A stretch of DNA of 64,000 nt from Eledone cirrhosa (Eukaryota): positions 15,128,001 through 15,192,000 of the forward strand of contig OZ024746.1 in assembly GCA_964016885.1 (NCBI GenBank). Direction: 5' to 3'. The translations under genes were made by a program, and so were the position numbers. The notes under the pieces are model-generated. The model searched no databases. It worked only from the letters and a program-made list of their open reading frames with translations, and was not told the DNA's origin. This document shows, piece by piece, positions 1 to 13,343 of this stretch. The stretch's first letter is position 1; each line of letters opens with the position of its first letter.

Positions 1-88
1 TGATGGGGTCCAACTCTTTTTCGACATCTCATCAGATATATGAGCTTATATGTGCAAAGGCACATCTAAACTGTTACACACTTAACTA

Positions 89-139
<51 letters not shown>

Positions 140-274
140 AAGAGAGAGAGAAAGTGTATGTCCTATAATTATATGTTTCTACATATACATACATACTGTT
201 ATCTCTCATTTTCTCTTCCCCAACAAATATTTCATCATATTATAATGATGTATTATTTATGAGAAAGTGGTGGA

Positions 275-575
275 CGAGACACTGCATCCTTTAAGCCCTC
301 CATGCTCCCCGAGATCCGCCAACACTTCAGCTAACACATACACAGATGTACTTCCCTGACATTTGTATATTATTCTATGTACTATACATACACCTTTGAC
401 GAGTTGTAGTGCACCTGAGCACTTTACACAATAATTTCATTATTATGTGTATATCATGACTCATGCACTGTTCATTTTCCTGATGTTTGTACATTACCCT
501 ATGTACTATACATACACTTTTTGAGGAGTTGTAGTGCACCTGAGCACTGTACACACTATTTCATTATTATTATTA
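275..575 (+). mobile_element. CR1-type LINE 3' tail fragment with internal tandem duplication
   Basis: Same sequence as the tail at 29625-29835 (gagacactgcatcctttaa...gagttgtagtgcacctgagcact..acac..atttcattattat); the terminal ~130 bp is present twice. Confidence 0.6.
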
Positions 576-711
576 GAATGCTGGATAGAATTCTGACTTT
601 CTGCATTCTGTGTTCAAATCCAAACAAGGTCAACTTTGCCTTTCATTCTTTTGAGATTGATAAATAAAGTACCAGTTTAATACTTGGGTTGAGTCTTTCT
701 CTATATCTCTC

Positions 712-744
<33 letters not shown>

Positions 745-1067
745 TCTCTGGAAGAAATTGGATATGTTTCAACCTAGAGAGGGATGCCCTAGACATGACA
801 TATGTAATGATGGTGTCTCTAGGACTCCAGCAAGAGTTAAGGGTTCATGGCATGAAATTATTTCTGAAATTTAATAAGTAGTGCATGCACTATCTCAAAG
901 AAAATAATGATTTATTACATTATTTTGGTTTCATTTGCAATCAATTTGAAATCATAAATTTCTGGAAGCCAACTTAATATATGGATTAAATAAAGTGACA
1001 CATGAATTAAATGATTAAAAAAAATGTTTAATAATCTTTTCAGGACAAAATAAATGATTTGGCTAGT

Positions 1068-2447
1068 TTAAAACAGATATGGAATAATGCGGTGGGGTAC
1101 TTTGCGACAGTATTCGTTCCAGAACTGTCCATATTTTTTTCCACATTTATCATCATCCCGAAAACTTCTGTGTGTAAGTAAAATTAGTAAATGTATGACA
1201 TAAAAAAATGGCATTATACCTGAGAAACATGCAGGAATTGTCCAGAAGAATGCCAATAGAATTTCTGGAATGTAATGGAAATGTCGAGACCAACCCCACC
1301 AGCCTGAAACAAGTAAAATACTTTCTTTTTTTTCTCCTGACTCTAATGTGTAAGTTGCCCGAATGATAACTGGTTTCTTGCCCCATACTAAACATTTTCC
1401 ATTAGTAGCTCGGACTTTTTGTTTTTGCATGTCAGCCAAGTAATTTACTAGAAGTGCTGTCGTTCCTGCTAAAAAAAGGGAAATAGATGCTAATGGTCCT
1501 AGATGTATTGGGTTGTTGACTAAATACAAACTAACGGATGTATAGAAACCTGGTATGAAGACAAGACAGCCCCAGCAGATATAATACCCAGCTCTGTCTA
1601 ACATGATATCAATTGTGCGAAGATATCCAGCTTCCCACCAAAAAAATTTTGTAATGTATAAAAGCTGAAGTAAGGTAGATACCATATTACTATCAACCCA
1701 ACCATAAAGCTGGTAATTCTTGATTGAAAATATTAAAACTAGAAGGGCCCAAGACATCATTCCGAATCGACAATTGGTGAACACCTTAATATCAATACTA
1801 CAAATTCTTGGATAGAGTTCGGTGCCCCAGTAATAATCAAAAAGCACATTTCCTGAACTACCACAATCAGAGGAGGATGGTATTACCAGTCCTTTGATGT
1901 ATAATATCAGACAAAAGACAAAACTTAGTAGATTCAATGTACCTAAGATGTCACCAAACCGGTCGTAGATTATAGATACAGAAAGCCCATGCTTGTTGAG
2001 CATTATTTCAAGAAAAACAAGAACACTAATTGTGAGACAATAATATGTAAACCCATTGTCAATATAAATAGGTACATTGCCTTTTGGTGTGATTGGACCT
2101 TCAACTTGCTTTCCTGGTAAAAGCTTCAGTGTAACAATACCCCACAAACTGTATCCAAAAATCACGCTCAGGGCAAAACAACTTCCTAGTGAAACTTCAG
2201 TCCAAATGTTTAGGAGTCCATTAAACAGAGAGTCTTTAAATAAATATTGTAAGAAATGTGTAATATTTCCATCAAATTTGACAGCTGTATACCAAAGGAT
2301 CATCACTAAATTTGGAGTGAACAGCATAAGTAGCAATGGTACAAATGTATGATTAATGAAGAGTTTAATTCTGCTGTCAACAGGCTCAATTCTTGGTTCA
2401 TCTCTCACCGCCGTGCTCATCGGCTTCGTCACGTTTTTTCTCTTCAT
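1068..2447 (-). CDS. DHCR7: 7-dehydrocholesterol (sterol delta-7) reductase, ERG4/ERG24 family, DWF5-like; entire CDS in one exon
   Basis: Intact 459-aa multi-TM ORF with family motifs YWGTELYPR, DIKVFTNCRFGMMSWA, KFFWWEAGY, DRAGYYICWGCLV, LLVSGWWGWSRHFHYIPE, RDDDKCGKKYG..W..YC..V..RIIP. Pyrimidine tract + AG acceptor (2451-2452) 3 nt before the ATG implies an upstream non-coding exon. Confidence 0.93.
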   Translation of the reverse strand: MKRKNVTKPMSTAVRDEPRIEPVDSRIKLFINHTFVPLLLMLFTPNLVMILWYTAVKFDGNITHFLQYLFKDSLFNGLLNIWTEVSLGSCFALSVIFGYSLWGIVTLKLLPGKQVEGPITPKGNVPIYIDNGFTYYCLTISVLVFLEIMLNKHGLSVSIIYDRFGDILGTLNLLSFVFCLILYIKGLVIPSSSDCGSSGNVLFDYYWGTELYPRICSIDIKVFTNCRFGMMSWALLVLIFSIKNYQLYGWVDSNMVSTLLQLLYITKFFWWEAGYLRTIDIMLDRAGYYICWGCLVFIPGFYTSVSLYLVNNPIHLGPLASISLFLAGTTALLVNYLADMQKQKVRATNGKCLVWGKKPVIIRATYTLESGEKKESILLVSGWWGWSRHFHYIPEILLAFFWTIPACFSGIMPFFYVIHLLILLTHRSFRDDDKCGKKYGQFWNEYCRKVPHRIIPYLF

Positions 2448-3023
2448 GGTCTACAAGAAAGAAAAATAGAGACAAATAATATTTTCGTCTTTTGAGTATT
2501 TTACATTATATTTTACTTTCAACAATTTTTAAAATTTTATATATATTAATAATTACACCATGTGTATCTAGTTTGGAATGAATAAGTGCACCTTAATCCT
2601 CCATGTCAGAAGAAACGACTTAAAGAGTTTGTGTCAGGAAGGGCATCCGACTGTAAAACATTGCCTCAAAAAGTCTTGTCCAACTCATGCCAAAATGGAA
2701 AAGGAAAAGTTGACTTAAAAAATTGCTGGCCTTGTGGCAATTTTAGATTGAATTATCTAAAGGCACTACATATAACAGCAACAAGAGTTACGTCCCTTTA
2801 ATATCATGGTTAAAACATTTTCGTTCAGCAATGAGCACAAAGGTTGTGAAATGGTGGGAAGGGTACGTAGGTGCGTGGGGTGGCAGTTGTTATGAATATA
2901 ACATAAGGTTTGGGAATATTTATATTAATCTTGTAAAAAAACCCCAGACAAACACAACAAACAACAAACGTTCCACACAAGTACGGTTATAAAACGAAAT
3001 AATAGTTTTCTTAAATTTCTGAT

Positions 3024-3058
<35 letters not shown>

Positions 3059-3304
3059 CCCTGCCTTACAATGAGCATTAGTAACAACCCTATTAAATGT
3101 TTTTTTCTTTTTTTCTGTTACCAGATAATAAACAAGAAAAGACAAAATGGAAATGGTAGTGGTTTATGGGTGGGGGTGTCTACCCAACATTCTGGGTGGA
3201 CAGTCTAATTCAAAATAATTTTAAGGCTTGGGCCGGACTAAGCTATATGAAATTTGAGGCCCTTCTCTAAAATAATTCGGTTAAAATATGTTATTATTAT
3301 TCAT

Positions 3305-3490
3305 GGATTGGCAGTATCGGTAGAGGGTCGGACGCCATGCTTTCCAGCATAGTTACGTCCCTTTATGATCTGAGTTCAAATCCCGCCGAGGTTGACTTTG
3401 CCTTTCATCCTTACGGGGTCGATAAAATAAAGTACCAGTAATGCACTGGGTAATTGCTGGCCTTGTGCCTAAAGTAGAAACAATTATTAT
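3305..3490 (+). mobile_element. tRNA-derived SINE (Nin/Deu-like core), representative of about 25 copies in the window
   Basis: Head with B-box-like gagttcaaatccc, core ctttgcctttcatcctt..gggtcgataaaataaagtaccag, tail ggccttgtgcctaaagtagaaacaattatt. Other copies near 575, 11730, 19560, 20880, 21370, 22560, 24430, 31000, 31150, 31370, 33020, 33470, 34070, 39955, 42565, 47700, 51975, 53525, 55250, 55570, 56710, 58760, 59030, 59330, 59440 in both orientations. Confidence 0.8.
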
Positions 3491-3551
3491 TCATAGTAAT
3501 GATAAAGAATGGCGCCGCGGTCGGGGATATTACAACCCTCTCTCTTTCTCT

Positions 3552-3605
<54 letters not shown>

Positions 3606-5114
3606 ATCAGTGTTAAAGAATAAAAACTAATGATAAAATAAATAAATATTTTTAAATACGAGGCCCCGAGGGGTGTAGCCCTAAGCTATAACTTATTTAG
3701 CTTATAAATAAATCCAGTACGTACACCAGGCATTAGGGAACGAAAGCTGTTCCATGGACTCAAGTGGCAGAGACAGCAGCCGAGATACAGGAAGACCTGA
3801 CTGGTTACACGAGGAGAAAATCACTCAGTTTAGATGGTCTTCTCTATGAGTTTTACGTTGACATGCCAGACATGGTGGCCAATGTCCTCGAAGATTCAGC
3901 TGAAATTAAGCATCAGTCTATAGAGATATGAAAGGGAGAATCAATAAATGTTACAGGGACCTTATCCCAGAAAGACATAGATTCCTTCTGGAAAATATGG
4001 GATGGGGAGAAGAAATTCAAACAAGAGCCAAACGATCTACTGCCCATGCATTTCACCAAAAATGTACAGCATCAATGATGATACCTTTGAGAGTTGACAG
4101 GAAAACTCCAAGAGACTTGATTGTTAGGGACTGATTCAAATTAATGACTTTCTATAGGATGTACATTATAAACCTCTACGAGCAAGCTCTCAAGAGAGAT
4201 GGTTGACATTAGCAGAAACAATATTGGTTCCCCAAAACAAAGGTACTCACTTGTGACGGTAGCGAAATTATCACAAATGAACAAGCAACTAAGAAGAAAG
4301 GAGTTTGATGGGGTGTTGAGCAATTTCTTATAAATAAAACTGCGATGTCAGAGGCTGGGGGGGGGGGGGGGGGGGCACATCTCTTAGTTCTGTTGATGAA
4401 TGGTCTGGACTTCTCCAGATCCTCCATTTTATATTATGGGGAACTCCTTTATCTTGTAAATACCTGATTAGTTTTACCAGCGCTATGGTGATCTCCATTT
4501 CAAAGTATCTTAAAAAAGAGACGTATGAGTAAAATCGTAGTTTAAATTAAAGGTTCCCAACGGGGGGGCGTTTCGTAGGTCCAGGAGGGCGTTATGCAGT
4601 AAGGGGGCGTTTGAAACTTTGAGGGCGCTAGAAGCCCCTTTAGTTTGGTAAGTTTTATAAGTCATATTTGTACGTCTCGTAGACAGTCAGTGATTTGAAT
4701 GAAGAAAACAAAGAAAATAAATTAAAGAAGCTTGTCAACGAATTCCCTAGGGAGATAAAAGAAAATCAAAAGAAATTAAAGAGAATGAAAGTAAGGACTA
4801 CTTCAACAGAAATGACAAGAAGAAGCAGTGGTGGTGAACATACATACACACATATATACACATACACACACACATATATACACACACAGGCCGGCGTTAG
4901 TGTTTGATGAAGTTGAGAACCCGGTCAACTTTCAGCCAGAGGTGTGGTATTTAATCTCCCTAGGTAATAAAATCTGGCGACAAAAATGTTCTTCTTACCA
5001 AAAAAAGAAGACATAGATCATATCAACATCCTTACACACTTAAATATAAATGCATGTATATATATAAATGTATAAATGCATAGCTATATACATACAATAA
5101 TGTATGTATATATG

Positions 5115-5149
<35 letters not shown>

Positions 5150-5272
5150 CGTTTCTGAATTTGTTTAGCAAGATTCTTTATCTGAAATCGTGTGTTGAAA
5201 CCGATATTGTTATACTTTGGGAGGGTCATGGTGCGTGTGTTTCTTATTGGCAACATGACCCTCCCAAAGTAT

Positions 5273-5310
<38 letters not shown>

Positions 5311-5407
5311 CTACATACATATATATATATAAATCTACATACATACATATATATATATACATCTACATACACATATATATACATCTACATACATATATAT
5401 ATATATC

Positions 5408-5446
<39 letters not shown>

Positions 5447-5449
5447 ATT

Positions 5450-5481
<32 letters not shown>

Positions 5482-6100
5482 AATCTACATACATACATGG
5501 TGGCTGCCAACTCGTTTTCGAGTACGGCCACTACTTTATATCCATGTAGGAGAACCCCTACCGATGCGCTGAACGAGTGTGACTTTTTAGTCCAGCCAGC
5601 GACTTGAAAACTCTGGTACAAACACTACACTTGTGACAATTACTGACACATAGTGCTGGGCCCATGGTACCATGTGACGACAAGTGCAGAGAGATCTCCA
5701 GATATAAAGCAATGCCTGTGCCGTGAAGCTTTTATAGTGAGCAAAGGCACTGCACAAAGCCAGTCCCACTCTCTTAACCAAGATGATATTTACCAAAAAG
5801 AAGAACAAGTCAACATCATTGGATACCATCAGGGTTGCAGGTGTTATATCAGAGTTTTCCTTCTCCTAGAATTCTGCCTTGACAAAGGCTAAGGGGTCAT
5901 CTCTCCCGGTGATTTTGGATGGCCATTGACTCTTAAGAGCTCCTTTGCATACATACATACATACATACATATATACATACATACATTTACGTATGTATAT
6001 AGCTATGCATTTATACATTTGTATATATATACATGCATTTATATTTAAGTGTGTAACGTTATATATATATATGTGTGTGTGTGTATAATATATATATTAT

Positions 6101-6171
<71 letters not shown>

Positions 6172-6445
6172 GTGTGACAAGAAGTTTGTTTCCCAACCAC
6201 ATATTTCCGGGTTCAATCCCACTGCCCGAGCCGACCAAAGCCCTGTGAGTGGATTTGATAGATCGAAACTAAAAGAAGCCCGTCGTATATATGTATATAT
6301 GTCTGTGTGTGTCTTTGCGTTTATGTTTGTCCTCCCACCAATGCTTCTTGGTTTGTTGACGTCCCCATAACTTACCAAGGTGATGCTCCAGCATGGGCGG
6401 AGTCCAGAGACAGAAAAAAAGTAAAATATATATGTGTGTGTAGAA

Positions 6446-6850
6446 GAGGGGTCTCAAACTCAAGGACACAAAAGGGCTATTACGTCCTGGAGGAGAGGCA
6501 CAGTGGGCCAAACGTGGTGGTGGGTGAAAATTTTCACCAGTTATAATCATTTCTACTATAGGAACAAGGCATGAAATTTGGGGTTTAGGGTTCAGTCGAT
6601 TGCATCGATCCTAGTACACAACTGGTACTTAATTCATCGATCCCAAAAGGATGTAAGGCAAAGTTGAGATCGGCGGAATTTGAACTCAGAACATAAAAAC
6701 GGAAGAAGTACCGTTAAGCATTTCGCCAGATGTGCTAACGATTCCACCAGCTCGCCGCCTTATTTTCACCAGTTATAATGCGATATGAAATATTGGTTCT
6801 ACCAAGGGCCACAGATGAGTAGTTCGCGGGCCGCATGTGTGAGCCCCCTG
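6446..6850. mobile_element. hAT-type MITE interrupted by a SINE
   Basis: Ends gaggggtctcaaactc / gtgtgagccccctg with cgcgggccgc subterminal motif; TSD not recognisable. Confidence 0.5.
6548..6761 (-). mobile_element. Full-length tRNA-derived SINE with 18-bp target-site duplication
   Basis: TSD ATTTTCACCAGTTATAAT at 6530-6547 and 6762-6779 flanks a complete minus-strand SINE copy. Confidence 0.85.
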
Positions 6851-7691
6851 TTGGAGATAAATGGATAGATAGATAGATAGACGTATACCAAACACACACA
6901 CATTTCTTACCTCTCTGTCCCTCCCTCTTTCTCTCTTCATTTATGTGTGCGTGCGCGTGCGTGCGTGCGTGCGTGCGTGCGTGTGTGTGTGTGGAACTGT
7001 TGTTATTTGGCGCTGTTGAAAAGAGCAGTGGCCTTTGACCTGGCAATAGAAAACTGTAGACAAAATTCTTTCTGTACCCAAACCCAAGGCACACACACAC
7101 ACACGTTTGTGTGTGTGTGTGTGCGCGCGTGCGTCTATGTGTGTTTGTGTGTGTCTCTGTACCTATCTATGTATATATATATATATATATATACATCTAT
7201 GTATATATATATATATATATACATAAATAGGTACAGTGACTATATATATAGATAGGTACAGTGACTATATATATACATAGTATAAATACTACTTTCTCAC
7301 TGTCTCCAAGCTTCTCAATTCATTCGTTGCTAAGTATTTTATTTTGCTACGAGGTATTTTATTTTGCAAGGTACTATTTTCCCCTGAGTTTGTGATTTCA
7401 GAGAAACGTAAGAAATTCTTCATATTTTACATCTTTTGTATTTTGGCTTTACAGTTTGAATTGTAGAATTGTTTATCCAATCAAAATATTACAACAGCTA
7501 ACAGTGAAATATAGAATTAAAAAAAAAAGCTTTTTCGACTGAAATCAAGTCTTTGAGAACATTCACGTCTATTTTTCAAAAATATATAATTTGAAATAGT
7601 TTGCTTTTGTGTTGGACTGAAACTTTTTTTTGTATTTAATTCGTACGGGTATTTTTTAAAGATCTTTTTAAAGATTCTAACATAACTTGAT

Positions 7692-8170
7692 TTGGCCCAT
7701 TACGTGCACTGTGGCATTCATATTTCTCAACTTATTATAACTAAGTCTGTACAACAAGCTTCACTTATCAAAACTGTTCTAGATTACGTGAATGAATTGC
7801 GGAAATTATATAGTACATCAGGGAAATTTAAGCAAGCGTATTTATCACAACATGATGAAGAAAATGAAGTATCGTGACCACGCTCCTTAATGTGCCCTAC
7901 TCGATGGCTAACACGACTTTCTGCAGTCAAAGCCCTTCTTCACAATTATTCAGATGTTCCTATTTCTTTACAAGAGGCAACAAATGAGTTTGGCACCAAC
8001 ATTGCATCCAGAGATAATGTTATTCTTACGTGTCACTCTCCGGGCCAATGTGTTCTTGGATTGCACGTTGTAGTTCCATTACTTCAATTCCTTGAAGGAT
8101 TGAAGAAATCTTTTCAAAGTACCACCTTCAATCTAGGTAGCATGTTGCTTCTTTGAACTGTTCGACTCTA
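7692..8170 (+). pseudogene. hAT transposase fragment (ZMYM1/Tip100-like central region)
   Basis: YVHCGIHISQL (CxxH motif) and CPTRW motifs typical of hAT transposases; stop and frameshift present. Confidence 0.6.
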
Positions 8171-8229
8171 TCATTGAGTTTCTTCGAGGACGCAACACAG
8201 AACTGTATAAAAAAAACCCTCGATGTGAG

Positions 8230-8890
8230 GGCGCCTACCTCGCCGACATCTTCGACAAATCCAATAGCCTCATTATGGCTTTGCAGGAGGAGAAGATCAC
8301 CTTGTTTAAAGCGAGGAATGCTGTGAAAATATTCCTGGCCAAATTGAAAGTCATCGAAAGGAATCTTTGTCGACGGGAATTCTATAATTTTCCTAGTGTC
8401 GCCAATGTTCAAAACATTGTGAGCGATGACCAACTCCAAACTTATACCGCGCACCTCAGTGCACTACAAGACAACACGAGAGAACGGTTTATCGACCTTT
8501 TGCAGATGGACATCCCAATGTGGATAGCAGATCCCTTCATAGCTAACGTCGACGATTTCGACGTTAAATTTCAGGAAGAATTAATTGAACTTCAGACAGA
8601 TGACATTATCAAAATTAAATTTTCCAAAATAGGTGAACCCCTTTTTTTGGATGCAAGAGGAAATTCAGCGTCGATTTTCACTCCTACATGCAGAGGCTAA
8701 GAGATTTGCTTTGCCTTTTCCTAGCTCATACTTAGTCGAGAGGGGGTTTGGCGTTGTTTCCAGACTGCATAGTAAGGCTCGCAACCGCTACAATGTGATT
8801 GCACGTGGAGATCTCCGGCTACAGCTCACGAAAATCCAGCCTGACGTCAAAGAGTTAGCTAAACTCCATGGAGCTCAAGGGTCCCATTGA
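8230..8890 (+). pseudogene. Buster/Charlie (SCAND3-like) transposase C-terminal fragment
   Basis: AYLADIFDK..., FPSSYLVERGF, RGDLRLQLTKIQPDV...QGSH* terminus; one frameshift near 8635. Confidence 0.8.
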
Positions 8891-10658
8891 AACGAGGTCA
8901 AAGTAAGTCGATTTTTTATTTATAGTTGCAGTCTGACTGGACTGGAAACCATCTACCACAATTCACTTACTCATTTGTTGCATATATTTTACCGTTTACT
9001 AATGAATATACCCTCTTACGTGGTCATGAAAGCCCTCTTCCGGGGTCTCTAAGCTCACAAAGCGGAGGGAACATCAAGTTAGATATCAACATTTATTCTG
9101 TCCGTTTCATTAAAGGGAAAATTGGAAAGCTTTGAAATAATACAATTGCCACTTTCTTCCAGATAAGAGCACTCTTTGGATAGACAGAGATGCTCTTGTA
9201 TAAATGTTCAAAATAGCTGGTATCGTCTGGTGGGAATATAACAAATTCAACTGGTTCTTATTCATAAAAAAGAACATTTATCTTCCTTTTTTTGAAATTT
9301 ATATACTTCCTTTCAAGGAATGTATTTATACTTTCAACTGCCTGCAAAGGTATCTTTGGAATATCGTTAATCAGTTTTTTAGTAATCTACTGATATCAAA
9401 CAAAATCAGTAGTATATTTAAAAATGGAAAAATAGGGGGGGGGGGGGCGTTTCGTGATTTTGAGGGGCAAAAGGGGGCGTTTGGCCGAAATGGGTTGAGA
9501 ACCTTTGGTTTAAATCGATCTTGCGCCATGCTCACATATCTTTCACTGCTCTCTGCATGGTTGGTGGTGAAAGGTGCAACTTCGGCCTCATATACAATGG
9601 GCTTGATACTACAGATCAGCAAGAGTATTTTGGTTCTTCATCGGTTTTGTTTTTAGCAGTTATTTTTGATATCATGGAGGAGCCACAGGAATAGCTTATC
9701 TTCACAGAGCGCCTACCGAATATTTTACTGTGCCTATGTTTGTGGTGATGGTGGTGGTGGTGGTGGTGGGGGGGGGGATGCTTACCTATCAGATCTAAGA
9801 ACTTCTTACCTACATTAGTCTTTACATTAAGCTAGTAGGGGGTGAACCAGATGATTTTTCTTTTTCTATTTTTATTTTTAGGGTTGTTAAGTGGAGGTTG
9901 TTTGGGTATGTACTTAATCTTGTCATTGAAGCCGCTATCTAGAAGGGTCACACTGTAGAACTGTGCTACCTTATCAAATATCTTCTGAGTGGATGAAAGG
10001 TTTGAAATCTTGCGAATAATATTAGAGACTAGATTTTTAAAACCTGGGGGTGCGGTGGGGAACAGGAACTTCTGTTAATATATTTCAGTTTTTCGTTAGT
10101 TTTATTATTTGGTTTATACGCACCTAAGGCCAAGGAAATTGGCGTTAGAGAGGTTGTGAAAAACAAGATGTTAGCCTAGCCACATTATTGCCAACTATGA
10201 AAGTATGTCTTCTCGTTGCTACCCCCCCCCCCCCCCCACGAGGCATGATGTGATAGCTAGAACGATATGGAATGCATTACAGAAGACGAAAATAAAAACA
10301 AATAGGGAGGAATATGTTGAGACTGATAGCTCAAAGGAATACTGGTAGAATCTAAAAATAAAAACTGGCACCAAATTAAAGCACAAAAAAGCCTGATATT
10401 GTTGTTTGGAACCACACATTAAAAATACTCTGTTGTAGAAGTGAGCTGCCAACTCGATGTCAATATGGCAAGAAGGGGGATATCTACAGACCATTAATGA
10501 GGTGTTTGCAGATCCAGTATCCAAGATACGCGTTCAGCTTCATACCCGTCATTGTTAGAGCTACAGGTTATATACCAATTCGCCTGGACTGTACAACCTT
10601 GCCACCGGGAAGGTGGCCGGTTGAAAATAATCTCAAAATTTCAGTCAGAAAAAGAGAG

Positions 10659-10660
<2 letters not shown>

Positions 10661-10726
<66 letters not shown>

Positions 10727-10960
10727 CATATGTATGTATTCATCAATTTATCCATTTATCGTTCTCTCTCTCTCTCCCCCCCTCTCTCTCTCTCGCGGTA
10801 GGTAGATAAATACAGACATTCATTCTCATATTTATCTCTCGAATTCGCTGATGACAGTCTTCTTCACTTCACACACATACACACACACGCACACAAACAC
10901 ACATGCATACACATATACATACATACGCACGCACACATACATACATACACACACACACAC

Positions 10961-10995
<35 letters not shown>

Positions 10996-12677
10996 GTATT
11001 TACGTATCGAGAAAGAAAATATATATATACATACATAAGCATACACAGATGCATATATTCATACTCATACATGCATACACTCATACAGGTATACATACAT
11101 GGATACATATATATATCAGCACACGCACTTACTTACGTACATACATACGTACGTACATACATACATACGTACGTACGTACATACATACATAAGTACATAC
11201 ATACATACATATGTGCCAGAAATTTTGCTTGTAATAACTATATATACACCCGCATAAATATAGAAACATATGTATATGTATGGATATGTATGTATTTTGA
11301 GAATAGTAATATATAAATTTTATTCACGTTTATAATAACATATATAATGACACAATGCTTAGAGGAAATCATAAAATCACTGATATCAACACAAGTGGAG
11401 AAGTTCCTTCAGAATGAAAATATAAACAGAACATATAAACAAATTTACATAAAAACATAACAAATATGTTTTAAATAACATAACAAATATGTTTTAAATA
11501 TATACATAAATAACATTACAAATGCCTCGGTAGAATAACATAACAAATATGTTTTAAATATATACATAAATAACATTACAAATGCCTCGGTAACACTACA
11601 AAGGATGAAATAATGAAAGATAAGTTCCTTCAATGCTACAATATTAAGGAAAATGTAAAAGAAGGGGTGAACAACGGAGCCAACACCAGGGCAAAAGACA
11701 GCAACGTGTATGTATATGGGGACAAATTGACAGATTCGTTAGAACATCGGACAGAATGCTTTGTGGTATTCCTTCTGCCTCTCTCCTCTCATTTTGCTTT
11801 TCATCCTTTCGTGGTCGATAAAAAAAATAATGTACCAGTCAAATACTGAGTCATTTTTTCCTCAATATCACTTCTTCTCTCTATTATTCTCTCTCCCTCT
11901 CTCCTACTCTGGAAGAAGTCTGTTGTGTTCAGACATGGAGAAAAGATGGGCTACCCCTGGTTTTAACGTTGCATGACAGTACGGCACCCACCACGACACC
12001 CCCACGTCACCATCATATGTTACGGGTCCATACGATATGACGATGTATATATGGTTACATATAATCAAAAACATACAGATCCACATGTACAGAAATATAC
12101 ACACATGCACACACATACACACACACATATATATACACACACGAATATGCACACATGCACACATATATATATACACACACAAAAATGCACACATGCACAT
12201 ATATAAATGTACACACACGCACTTACACATGCACTCACACACACAAATATACACACACGCTCACATGCACGTGTATACACACATACACACACAGGGGGGG
12301 GGGGCATAATTACTTAGTTGTTGCCTAAATTCTGATGAAAGAATCAAATTCTGCGTTAGAGGCTGACTCCCTGTCTAGAAGTGAGAGAACAGACCATACA
12401 TACACACATACATACACACATACATACATACACATACATACATACACACATACATACATACATGCATGCATATATACATACATGCATACATACATGCATG
12501 CATATATGCATGCATACATACATGCATGCATATATACATATATGCATGCATGCATAAATACATACATATATACATGCATACATATACACCTACATACATA
12601 CATACATGTATACGTACATACACACATACTTATGTTCATACATAATTACATGCATGCATACATATATACACACACAC

Positions 12678-12715
<38 letters not shown>

Positions 12716-13043
12716 GTATATAACACATGCATATGTGCATACATGTAAACATTCAAATAGCTTACATAAATAACCAGATAGATAGATGCATATATGTAAA
12801 CACACGCAGATGCATACATACTTACAAACAGACATATGTGCATATACCCGCACGCACATACATATAAACACACATATATATATATAAACATACATACATA
12901 TAAGCATTTATATAAGCATACATAAATACATACATACATATACTTACATGCATACATACATATAAGCTTACATAAATAAATAAATACATACATATATACA
13001 TACATGTATACATGCATACTGAATAGATGCATGTGCAAGTAGA

Positions 13044-13099
<56 letters not shown>

Positions 13100-13285
13100 G
13101 AAGGAAGTGTGGTAAGGAACCAGATGGACCATAACGCACCAGAGTACTCAATACTTAGGGTAGTAGAGTGAGTAATAGGAAAATGCTTAACCCCGACGGC
13201 TGAGCTCAAGCCATTTCGGCGGCTATTTCAATCCAGAAATAGCCGTCGAAACGGCTTGAGCTCTGCCGTCGGGGTTAAACATTTT

Positions 13286-13343
<58 letters not shown>

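Larger units (their letters stand above)
4548..9507 (+). mobile_element. hAT (Buster/Charlie-type) DNA transposon, non-autonomous, with nested repeats
   Basis: TIRs taaaggttcccaac (4548) / gttgagaacctttg (9507); perfect 8-bp TSD GTTTAAAT at 4540-4547 and 9508-9515; subterminal gggggcg repeats at both ends. Confidence 0.88.
3720..10610 (+). pseudogene. Highly degraded non-LTR retrotransposon with C-terminal restriction-like endonuclease, split by the hAT insertion at 4548-9507
   Basis: Frameshifted pol-like residues at 3720-4540 and 9516-10610; end region reads EVSCQLDVNM...FSFIPVIVRATG, resembling the RLE C-terminus (EVSCP.D.N ... IPVIVGALG) of R4/NeSL-type LINEs. Confidence 0.5.

Noticed and set aside
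1068-2447. Bacterial contamination as source of the intronless reductase
   Set aside because: Flanked by host SINEs and microsatellites, host-like AT content, spliceosomal acceptor before the ATG.
5587-5892. Duplicated short ORFs also at 42950-43401 as a gene pair
   Set aside because: Chance ORFs within two copies of a dispersed repeat; no recognisable motifs or splice structure.
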